Source of the DNA: Atractiella rhizophila | Lineage: Eukaryota | Assembly: GCA_021432655.1 (NCBI GenBank) | Contig: MU271441.1 | Span: 19,096-65,703, forward strand | DNA length: 46,608 nucleotides | Direction of reading: 5' to 3' | Part shown: piece by piece, positions 24,036 to 33,738 of the stretch | How the letters are laid out: every line of letters begins with the position of its first letter | Numbering within the stretch: the first letter of the stretch is position 1 | Translations under genes and position numbers: made by a program | The notes under the pieces: generated by a model | What the model saw: the letters and a program-made list of their open reading frames with translations, nothing else | The model's database searches: none | What the model was told of the DNA's origin: nothing

Positions 24036-26783
24036 AAAGCGTTATTTGGCCACGAAGCTCCACCGCGTTATCGGCTCCATTCTCAAAGTCGCTTGGGGTG
24101 GCATCATCGTCGCCGCTTCCAAGGTATTGTTTCGCGCTTGCAGAGAGAATTTGGTGGCGCCACAGCAGAGAACAGAAATATTGCAGTTTACCATAGTCGG
24201 AAAATCAGGAGCGGGCTACACTTCACCCCCTTCCACCTCTTTCTCCAAATCAGCTTCACCTCACTTCATTCACCGGTGAAGTACATGGTATCAGGAGGTG
24301 AAGTGAAGTGGTATCGGCCAACTCTGGTTCGAAGGATTGATGGAAGAGAAATGGGACCTACGAGTGCAGCAGCGCTGAGTTTGGCGCCGAGGATTATAGC
24401 GTCGACATACCAAGTGTCCCACAGAAAGTTCGTGAGGACAGAAGGCAGGAGAGAGAAGTTTGACGGACCCAACCCATGGCGAAAGATAAGGAAGGGTCGA
24501 CGACTCTCTCCTCAATCCCATGCTGACCTGCTTTCTCCTCCTCAAGTCTATGTCGTCGGTGTTAAAACTGGTATGGACTTTGCAAGTCCATCAAGCAGAT
24601 AGTAAGCAAAAGAAACACCAGCTAATGCCACTGGTGGGTCAGTGGAGATGTGACCAATCGTGCGAAACGGTTCGTTAAGGCCAGAAGCTGCACGAGCTCT
24701 TCTAAGATACAAGGACATACCATTCTATTGGTAGTAGTAAGAGGGGGCGAAACTTGTTCCAGGACCTACATCCGGAAGTGTTGACAAAGGTCGAGAGTCC
24801 GGAGGAGGAACAGGTGTCAATGGAATGGGGAGGACCGCAGGTTATGTAAGTCGATTGTTTCTACACGAAGCTTGGCTGCCATACCTTCCAGGCCACATGG
24901 CTTTCTCTTCCTCAGGTAGAATGGTCGTTCCAGTCGCCATTCTCTCTGTCCGCAGCAAATTCATAATTGAATCCCAAATCCTTTCCTTTTCCCGATCTCG
25001 CATCCCTTCGACCGTTTGCCCTTCAAGGCTGTTTGAAGCTTCTATTTCGTCCAGTTCAGCCCTTGTTCGACTCCGATAAGGACAACTTACCAAGAGAACG
25101 CTCAACGCCTCCCTTGATTTTACTCCAAGCTCTTTAGCATGCATCAAACCCATCCTTGTCCTTCCAACACTATCGTATGCGAGCCTGGCACTTTCGTTGT
25201 CTATTATCACCACGAAATCACCCGTCGCTTATCAAGGAATATATCAACCTTACGCTATTTTTTCACCTTCCAGCCTTATTCCGTTTTGGATTCACCACCT
25301 TTGAATCGCCTAATCCAAACAATGCCTCGAAACCTGTCTTCGCATCCAATGCCCTGTTCTTCACCAGAACCTGTAACCTTCGTCCGAGTCGAGGTATACG
25401 CGAAGCCAGTTTGTGGGTCGTGTACTTCCAATCCTTTGCCTCCAGCTGAAACCAATAGCCTGTCAGGTCATCCCGCTGTGATGTTCGAAACCCTCATCTT
25501 TCCTGCTCGCAAGACCGCCGCACGAATCTCCATCATTCCCACTTGCAAAGTCCTGACAGCATCACCGTACTCCTCGAACTTCGAAGCCAGTCCAGCGTTG
25601 TCATTTGCGGTGTTGTGCTGAGGAGGTAAATCCGGACGTGTTGATGGCTTCGACTCCACCTGAAGAAGGAGAGGACGGAGAGGAGATATCGAATACTGTA
25701 AGCGAGGAGGAAATGTGCCAAGTCCACCTGATCCAGAAAGCGGAAAAGGCTATAGGTTCGAGGGAAGGTTTGGAACGAAAGAAGGTTGGAATCAGTAAAG
25801 AGAAGGTCAACGCAAGAACCACAATCGCCTTCCACCCGTGCACTCTTTTACTGCCTCGATCTCCTGTCCCTTGTGATGGCCGCTAGTAGGAGATTGGTTT
25901 GTTGATGCTTAGCATCTTTCGTGCTCTGGTGCTGAGTTGCGTTATAACCTGCTGCCTTGCAGGATGTGAAACTTACACACTTTATAAACCAGGAGTATAG
26001 AATAGTCACGAAAGAGTAAAGTGGTAATAAAGTGAAAACACAAGAACAAGGAGCAAGTGATCAATCAGGAGAAACAATGAACGACAACACAAAGATAGTT
26101 CGAGAACAATTACCACTCAAGCGAGATGGCAACATGAACGTTGAACTGTAACTATGGGTCTAAGAGTAAGTCAAAGTAGTTGGAAGTTGTAGGCTGCAGG
26201 TGTGAACATGCCATCGTTTAGAGCTGGACAATCTTCACTTCCCTTAGTCGCGTTATTCCCTTTTCTCTTGTCTTTGGTAGTGAATAGTTTGTTTTTTTCT
26301 GACTTGCGTTTTTTTTGTTCTTCTCGCAATGGCGACTTGTGTGACTGATTTTCGTCAATCCCCGACCAGAACGACTTCTCGAACGGAAAGAAGTTCAGAG
26401 ACGGCCTTTGTCGGCAAAATGATCGCCCCCACGCAGACAAAAGATCGTTTGCGCTTTCAATGATGACCCAAAGGGCCACACTTAACTTTCCATCAGTTTT
26501 ACAAAGACCAACTCGATCCAATCACTTCAATTCTCAGCCCCAGAGGGGCTGCATCTACCCCATGTGGCCACGACTGGCAGTTGGATCCTTTCAGACTGTT
26601 TGGGACAGTTTGGGGATGGTTCAGGAACTCCATGTTTTGTTTCTTCACCTTGCTGGATCCGACAGGTCTTACAGAGTGTTTGGGGATGGCAAAGTGCTTT
26701 TAAACCTCATTTACCCTCATTTTCAACGTGTTCACGCCATCAGGCCGCAATTTTGTTCGGCTCTCGCACTCAACCCCTGGAAC
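24036..26783 (-). repeat. copy A of a large inverted segmental duplication; includes the 5' part of a FunK1-like gene, truncated at RGQITL
   Basis: Colinear reverse-complement match to 33739-36766 along its length (e.g. ATKLHRVIG, KWYRPTLVRRIDGREMGPTSAA, EGDCGS, LHVLFLHLAGSDRSYRVFGDGKVLLNLIYP occur in both). Confidence 0.92.
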
Positions 26784-27003
26784 GAGGTTATGTTTCTCGT
26801 ACCAAAGGGTATGTCTTCTCATATTTAAGGTTAGTTATCCACGCTGCAGTCCTGGGGAAGGTTACGCTGTCTCGTACAAAAGGTTATTTCTCTGTTACGC
26901 AAGGTTATGACCTCTCGTACGAAAGGTTATGACCTCTCGTACGAAAGGTTATTCTCCTCGTATGGAAGGTTATGTTGTCTCGCATGAAAGGTTATGCCCT
27001 CTC
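26784..27003 (+). repeat. 22-bp tandem array (CCTCTCGTACGAAAGGTTATGA)
   Basis: Same unit as 20281-20465; starts exactly where homology of copy A to copy B stops. Confidence 0.9.
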
Positions 27004-27052
27004 TTTTCAGAAGCACAGGTCATACTGTAGAAAGCTTTGCTCTGTGCAAAGG

Positions 27053-27180
27053 GTGAATAAGCTCTCGTACGAAAATATCGAGCAAGTGAATAAGCTCTCG
27101 TACGAAAGTATCGAGAAAGTGAATAACCTCCCGTACGAAAGCGAAAGTAACGAGAAAGTGAATAACCTCTCGTACGAAGG
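27053..27180 (+). repeat. 33-bp tandem array (GTGAATAA(C/G)CTCTCGTACGAAAGTATCGAGAAA), 4 units
   Basis: Units start at 27053, 27086, 27119 and 27158; single related units at ~19755 and ~32593. Confidence 0.9.
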
Positions 27181-27924
27181 CATCCACGGCGCAGAGCTGC
27201 TTAAATATGCAAAATGGTTCTTTACCAACAGGCAAGTCCATGCGGGAGTTGCATTAACCCTCTCAACGGCTCATCGACTCCTACAAATTCTTATATAAGG
27301 CATAAGAACTATTCTACAGCCCTCGAATTATAATCCATAACTTGTCGACCGCAGGTAGTGGAAAAAAATTGCGGTATTTGTCCCGGCTTTTAATTTACAT
27401 GTACACTGATGTCGTGTCATCAAGGAAAGGTTACTCATTGTCTTTGTCTTCATGGAGATTGATCCCCCAAGAGAGGGTAAAGCTAAGGACGCACTGGAAA
27501 TGACATCACATGTTTCCAACCTCCAGCCTTGCAGTCTCCCTCAGCTCTAGGAGAGAGAACAGAATGGGCCACTAGTATCTGGCGTGCTAGAGCAGAACCA
27601 CTTGAGCAGACGGTGAGAGAAGAAGTTCTGGGCATGATAAATCTTGTCCCAGGGGTAGTTGAGAGGGATTGGATCCTTGATAAGGTATGTCTTATCTCAA
27701 GAGCTACACCTGCTTACATTGATGACCTACAAAGTTTTACAACCATGTAAAGTCTCTTGCCCTCCTCAACGAAGTGTATTTTTGACAAACAGCGGTCCAC
27801 ATAGCCGGATTGGACACACCGTTGCATCCATTTCCCAATTTTCATTTCTGAAGTCAACTTTTTTATTCTCGGCACTGTCTCCTCCTTTCACCTGGCCAAG
27901 CTTTTCCTCAGACCAGTATCGATC

Positions 27925-28209
27925 TGCTATGGCTAGCCTTTTTTTTCCAGATCTTATCAAACGGAATGGAAGCAGGACTGGTGAAATCACGTGGTCTGGA
28001 GGGGTTTTCTGAACTTTCACGCGAAGAGGTCCAACAGAAATTTCCAACAAGGTATTAAAAGAGGTTAGGTCGGAGATTCGCCAACCCCTCTTCACCATCT
28101 TTTCAGCTTGCTACCTTGTTGGATATTACCCAAAGTCTTGGAAAAGCTTCACGACGGTCATTCTCAGAAAGCCCAAACGACCGGATTACTCCCTTCCTTC
28201 AGCCTACCG
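27925..28209 (+). mobile_element. Tad1-like LINE ORF2 fragment (start of the RT domain), normally oriented
   Basis: LFFPD...FSELSREEVQ, then EISNKVLKEVRSEIRQPLFTIFSACYLVGYYPKSWKSFTTVILRKPKRPDYSLPSAYR, the usual fungal LINE RT lead-in. Confidence 0.9.
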
Positions 28210-29198
28210 TAGAACTAACAGGACCACCGTTAGCTCTATGCACGTGATGAAATCCTCTATAAGGGGTATAGGAAATCAGAGCGCCGAGCTTCTTCGGACC
28301 TGAGGGTAGGCGGTAGAGTGAATCTGCGAGGTGTTAGCTCAAGCTAATTACATAGCAATGAGTTTAACCTAAAGCTCTTGTGTGAGTGGATACGGTGAAC
28401 CGTCAAAAATCCCCGGTAAGTTAAATAAATCCTCAGCCTCAGCCAGCCGTAATTTTGACGAGGTCTTCGACAACTTTTCAAAACCTGACTTTACAGCGTT
28501 TTGGTTTCGCGTTATGTCATAACTCGCTCGCGCGAACTCTCACGTTTGACAAAGGGTTAGCAACGAGTTTTACCAACACACGAAATCATAACTCTTGCAA
28601 ACGTCGGTTTTCGCTGCAGTGTTGCTCTGGTGAAATAGCGGCTAGTAGCTAGTGAGGTAGAGGCGACTAAATGGTTGCAGGCCTGCAACAAACCTTTGCT
28701 AACTCGTTGCTGGTAGTTAGGGTGAACGTCTAGTTCCCGGTCCGCGTTCACGGTGTCGGAACAAATACCTTCTAGCGGTCGTTTTGACGTAAAGCGTAAG
28801 TTGGTCGTAAGTTTGTGGGTGGTTACGTAGGCTTGAAAGCTGAAGTCAGGGAAAGCGCTGTCTACGGTACTAACACCTGAAAGGCGTTAGGCTGGTGGTG
28901 CTTGGGGGAAGTAAACAAGGAAGACTAAAGTATGGGCCGTTCGTGAGTAACCAGCGTGAACTTCTAGGAGCCGCCGCTTGCGAGGGTGTTGGCCACGGAA
29001 GAAAGCCCGTGCGTCTTTTGCAGACATTGTCAGGTTAATTATTGGGTCCTGGATTAGGTTAAAGCCGGATGTTATGTAGACAACACGGAGTAAACGTTGT
29101 GCCTGAAGTCCATGGAGAAGTTTTAGGACGCGGAGGAGGGAAGGGTATAAAAGGTTCACTGATAAGCTTGCGAGGCTCGTCATACGTGGATGGGTGGT

Positions 29199-30780
29199 GA
29201 AACTGAGTTTGCCTGCAGATAGGAAGAACCCTTATTCTTGTATCCGTCACGTAGGTTTTTGAGCCTCCACACTATGACTTCCAAAGGAGAACTTCTCGTG
29301 AAGCATGCCACATCAACATAGGTAGTTACGGGCACAACCGTCAGAAGCCTATTGTACTTGTTCTCATCGTTCACGAAGTGGGGTTTTCGAACCACCATCT
29401 GATCTGAGACTCTCGTAACTTCACTAAGCAAGAAGTTCTCAAGCTAACTACGCAAGTCGTTGTGGTAAGACAACTCCTCTACGACATCGTCAGACGACTG
29501 CTTACTAAGGCCTAAGAAACTCTTTACGCAGTTTAAGCTCCCTCCTCATAAGAGGGGGACGTAGTAGAGACTAAAAGAATTCGACGACAGGTCAGACGAA
29601 GAGACGGTAGCAGAACTTCAGTGCTTTTCGAACTATACGAAGCGAAAAGAAAGCCTCTTCCATATGGGTACCCATAGCCCTTACCAGTAGATGTTTCCAG
29701 TAAGTTATAGCTTTAGGGGAACGCCAGGATTGGCCGTATCCAGGGAAATTTAGCCATACGTGTTCGAGTTCTTGAACACTCGAGGACGACCATCTATTAA
29801 ACCCTTTACCTACCGCTACAACAAAAGGAAACTACGTTGAAAGTGTGTAGAGTCCTTTAGGACAAAACGATAGGTACGCGTATAGAAATTGGTCTAGGAA
29901 AACATATTGGTCTAGGTCAGCTAGAAAGGGATACACTGTCTCTGCCGCTACGGTATTCAGATTCAGTACTCATACTGTACTGACTCGGAATCGAAGACAT
30001 GCGCGTTCTGACTCCTTAACTCACAATTGGAGACAATAAGGCAGGTTTCACCGTTGGAACAGGAGATAACAACGACACTTAGCTTAGAAAGGGAAAAAGC
30101 TCTTGAAATATTTCAAGAGTGCCTATTGTTAATGCATAACAAAATCCCTCTTCTGACTCTCCTCTAAACTAAAGTTGAAGCCTTGCATCTCTTGTAAAGA
30201 CTATTGATAACCGAAACATCCAACAAACAAACTTGCCTTTATATAGCTAGGAAAAGGAAGCCTCATCTACTACCAAGGTAGACGTTCAAGCTAGCCTTAC
30301 GCTACCAAGACCATTAGTAAGACTTAGGTTACCGCTACTCCGCAGTATCCTCGACACCGAGGTCACAGATGGCAGGTAGAATGTAGTCGGAAGAGGTAGC
30401 GAGGTAAGCGTTCGTTACGAGCATGAGACCGTCAGAAAGGTCGGAAGTGGTGGAAGTTAAAAAGAAATAAAAGAAGGAGCCTCAGTGGTCTACTACCTAG
30501 GAGGAAACTCGGTGATCGTTGGAAACGGAAACGGTAGGAAAAGAATAGGAAAGCAAGGAAAAACTTCCATAGAACCCGGAAGAAAGACTTTGCTGTGAGA
30601 CGGAGTCATACTAATAACATAGGTGTCTTACACGTTGACTCCGAACTTCCTCCAAATAAGCTATATCAGCATCCATCGAAGAAGTTCCTACCAACCTGTG
30701 CGTATCGATAAAGACTGAAGCGAAGAAACGCCCCGTAAGTACACTGGTATTAACAGTGACAAACAGCGAATAGAGGTTGT
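29199..30780. mobile_element. Ty1/Copia element (LTR stub, gag knuckle, protease, integrase), legible only backwards; truncated before RT
   Basis: Reverse reading starts TGTTGGAGATAAGC, then CTFCGYNNHTEAEC (CCHC), WTVDTGATAPMTPHRHW, VLYVPKLKSNLLSV, LWHRRLCH, CESCIKGKQ, VHTDLKGP, TFVDDHSRY, DDAGGEY, PQQNGVAERINRTL, FWGEA, HLRVFGCTAYV. One TGA at ~29705. Confidence 0.95.
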
Positions 30781-32191
30781 CAGAAACCTAAGCAGTATCG
30801 GTCCGGCGTTCGATGGGGAAGGAGACAGGAGCTCGGTAGGTACTTCTAGGTCTAGAGGGGGAGCAGAAGGAATTCAAGAAATTTCAAGACCTCTCGAAGA
30901 AGGAAACTTAGTCGCTACTTCCTCAGTTTACCTCCGTACACAGGACCCACTCACCTTTTCCTTCCCTACTAAAGCTCCAGAGCTCCATTCAACTTCACAA
31001 AGCTAGGCTGCTCTCCCAAGTCTCCCCTCGTCACAAAAGAGCCCCCCCGCCAACTCTACTCCACAACACGTTACTGAGGACGACCCAACCACAAGCCTTC
31101 CCTATCATCGGACTGGTACCGAGTACAATGATGAAACAGGTCAGACCGATACTGGCCTCCCTCCAAACTTAGCATCCTCTCTCGTCCCCGACCCCACCAC
31201 ACCTTCCGAGGATCGTACTCCGCAACCCGTATGGCAACCTGCTAAAGCTCCGCTCGGCGAGGAGGACGAAAGAAAGGTTCCACCACGGTCTATTACCGCA
31301 ACAACAGGCAGTAACGCGTCTAACGTCGGAGTTTCTCCGCGGCTATCACACTATCTCCATAAGGAAAACACCACAACCTCTCACAGCGGTCTTCCCTCTC
31401 GCTCCTGAAGCGGAAGAAGAGCTAGCGAAAATTTACTCTTAACTTTCAATCGGACCTTAGCTCCTCGTAAGGGTCCATAAAGTAGAGTTCGCTGACGAAA
31501 TACCAACATCTAGGATGTGCTTAACACTCGCACGGTTTAGCCCTGAAGTAGGGGAAGTCAAAGGGCATCTCCTGCTTCAGGCAGAACCGAAGGAGCTTTT
31601 ACCGTGGTACAAAGAGTGGGGTCTGGTAACGAAACAGCTCGTAGTGGAGCTCCAATGGTTACCGGCAGCCTCCCAAGCAGCGTGCCCGTAAGTACACCTA
31701 CAGCAGATGCTTGGGCGTAAACTCTCTAAGGGGAAGGCCGCGGACATAAAGTTCGTCTAGTCGTAACATTTTGTCCATCTCTTATCCTCTCTCCCCCCTA
31801 GGAACACGGTCAGGATACCGTTCCCGCTTACCGAAACTCCACATCGGCAGCTTCAACATCCAACAGAGGGATAGGTATTCGGTGCTAACCTACTAAAGTT
31901 AGAGCGAAAGACCCTGACGAGAAAAGGAATCCAGCAGCTAATCAGCTCCCACCTGGTGACACCCTTTCCGCGGAAACTGCAGGTTCCTCTGACTTCGGCA
32001 ATGGAGAGGGAAGGAGGTCGGAAGAGCTTACTTGACACAGGTGTCAATCATTCCGCAGCAAACACCTAGCTGGACCGGACCGTGGCTTCACTACCCTCCC
32101 CTCCCGTGGTATAGAGAGACGCACCTTCCACTCAGACCGACTCTATTACGGCAGCTTTTGGAAACGGTGTGTCAGGTCCTCTCGCTACCCG
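30781..32191. mobile_element. Tad1-like LINE RT + RNase H, legible only by reading the + strand backwards
   Basis: Reverse reading: PIALLDCVAKVF, LPSHHFGARPGRSTNDALL, SLDVKGAFPTV, GLAQGSPLSPILYLFYNADL, GFVDD (FVDD 31712-31701), KYLGMLLDSRLTF, LGAFHTTP, IWIFMDGSRTEEGV. One frameshift (~32040) and one TGA (~31123). Confidence 0.95.
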
Positions 32192-32216
32192 NNNNNNNNN
32201 NNNNNNNNNNNNNNNN
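32192..32216. other. assembly gap (25 N)
   Basis: Run of 25 N directly after the mirror segment. Confidence 1.
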
Positions 32217-32249
32217 AAATTGTGAAGTCGCTTCATAATCGTGGCCCCT

Positions 32250-32345
32250 TACTTTCGTGCGAAAGGTTATTTTCTCGCACGAAAGGTTGCGGTCCCTCGC
32301 TCGGAGGGTTATGCCCTCTCGTTCGGCTTCGGTGCGAAAAGGGAT
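32250..32345 (+). repeat. degenerate 22-bp array of the same family
   Basis: CTTTCGTGCGAAAGGTTATTTTCTCGCACGAAAGGTTG...GGGTTATGCCCTCTCGTTCG. Confidence 0.75.
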
Positions 32346-33738
32346 GGTTGTGAATGAAACAGTCATCTCACGAAACGATCATATTCAATAACTCTGGAGA
32401 TTACTCTTTCATACGTACCGAAGGCAAGGCCCTGGCTCACTTACTGAGCAATAATGACTGCAGGAGACGTTTTAGAGATCAGCATATCCAGCCGCTCAGA
32501 ACACTCGATTTTAGCGCAGTGGAATCGTTTGGTTGCTCAACGGCGGGGACATCCCCTTCGCAAAAACTAAGTGGTAGAATGCGGCGAAAGGAGGTGAATA
32601 ACCTTTCGGGCACGAAAGCATTGAGCACGTGAAACAGCAAGGCGTGGGTCCGCAGATGAATGGCCTTTCAAATATGGCGTGTATTCCAAAGGGGGGGGGG
32701 GGGGGGGGGTTTGAGAATGGATTGGCAGGACATGAGTACGACTACGACTACAAGTTATCTGTGTAAGAAATCAGACCAAACAAGAAGTGTCTGATAGGCT
32801 ATGGAGGAGAAAGAACTATTTCTATGACCAAAGCACCATCAACTACGGGACCTCGTTCCCGTTTACTAAGGATATAGGAGATTATCGGATGTCGATCTCG
32901 TACGAACGACTAATCGACATGTGCGCATTCGTCCCTGTGATCCCTGATGCAGTATTAAAGAGCCCAGTCGATCGCCATTACAAGTAGGCAACCTAGCCCA
33001 AAGAATCTTTCGTTCGTGCAGTGAATGACCGCTGACGAAGTGAATGCGCCGAACAGTCGAGGGCACAACGTTTGGTTATTCTCCGTTGCCCGCTCGTTTT
33101 GAATTCATCAACTCTTTGACTCAACATAATTACAGTTCAACCAACATCTCGCCCATCGCGTGTAAACGGCTGAACGAACGGACTCCTCGATTAGCCCGTG
33201 GGACGAAGATAAAAAGGCAGGCGTGGATGTTAGACGTTGTAAACGGGCGAGAGAGTTAGTACGCATTTCAATCTCGACATCTTTGCACAGGCATAGAGCA
33301 GGATGCAATCAGGTCTGTTACCCCATCGCCACCTGGCAAGTTTCCACGTCGTTAACTTCGGATAACTGAAGCTGATGCTCTCGCCTCAGTCTGATGAAAA
33401 CCAACCCGTCCCCTGATAACTAGCAGTCGACCGCGTGGCATATGAAGAGTGATAAAGTTGCTGGCTATGAAATGGGTTCAAGTCTTTGATGGAAAAGTTC
33501 AACAGCAGTTGGGGATTTAAATCGATTCCGCTTCTGCACCCTTTCCCGTACAAATCCAATGAAATACTGACAGTTCAGACTAAACAGTTGGAGTCGGAAG
33601 TCGACCCGCTTGGCTAACAAACCTCCAAAAATTGCGACTCCAAAGCCTTTAAACCGGCTGGCGGCCACCAGTTTGCTGGAGCGCCGCAGCTTGACCTCCT
33701 TTTTCAACTCGAAATTGATCCGCGGCCGTTCCTCCGTT

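Larger units (their letters stand above)
28210..32191. other. about 3.98-kb segment reversed but not complemented (mirror sequence)
   Basis: No ORF of 60 aa or more between 29431 and 31853 in six frames; TA-rich. The + strand read right-to-left from 32191 gives G CCC ATC GCT CTC CTG GAC TGT GTG GCA AAG, completing the CG at 28208-28209 to read AYR-PIALLDCVAK. Confidence 0.97.

Noticed and set aside
27053..27180. CRISPR-like repeat-spacer appearance of the 33-bp and 22-bp palindromic arrays
   Set aside because: Linkers are only 0-17 bp and similar to each other, there are no cas genes, and the context is eukaryotic with introns.
28210..32191. A genuine biological mirror-copying mechanism, or heavy RIP, as the cause of the ORF-free block
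   Set aside because: Exact codon continuity at one end and an N gap at the other point to an in-silico string error; the decoded ORFs are nearly intact, so RIP does not explain it.
28455..32238. Six-frame ORFs listed inside the mirror block (28455, 28557, 28887, 29059, 29180, 31853, 32032)
   Set aside because: Chance ORFs; the real coding information is in the reversed or complement-only readings.
32691..32709. 19-bp poly-G run
   Set aside because: Simple homopolymer near a gap; length unreliable and no supporting structure.
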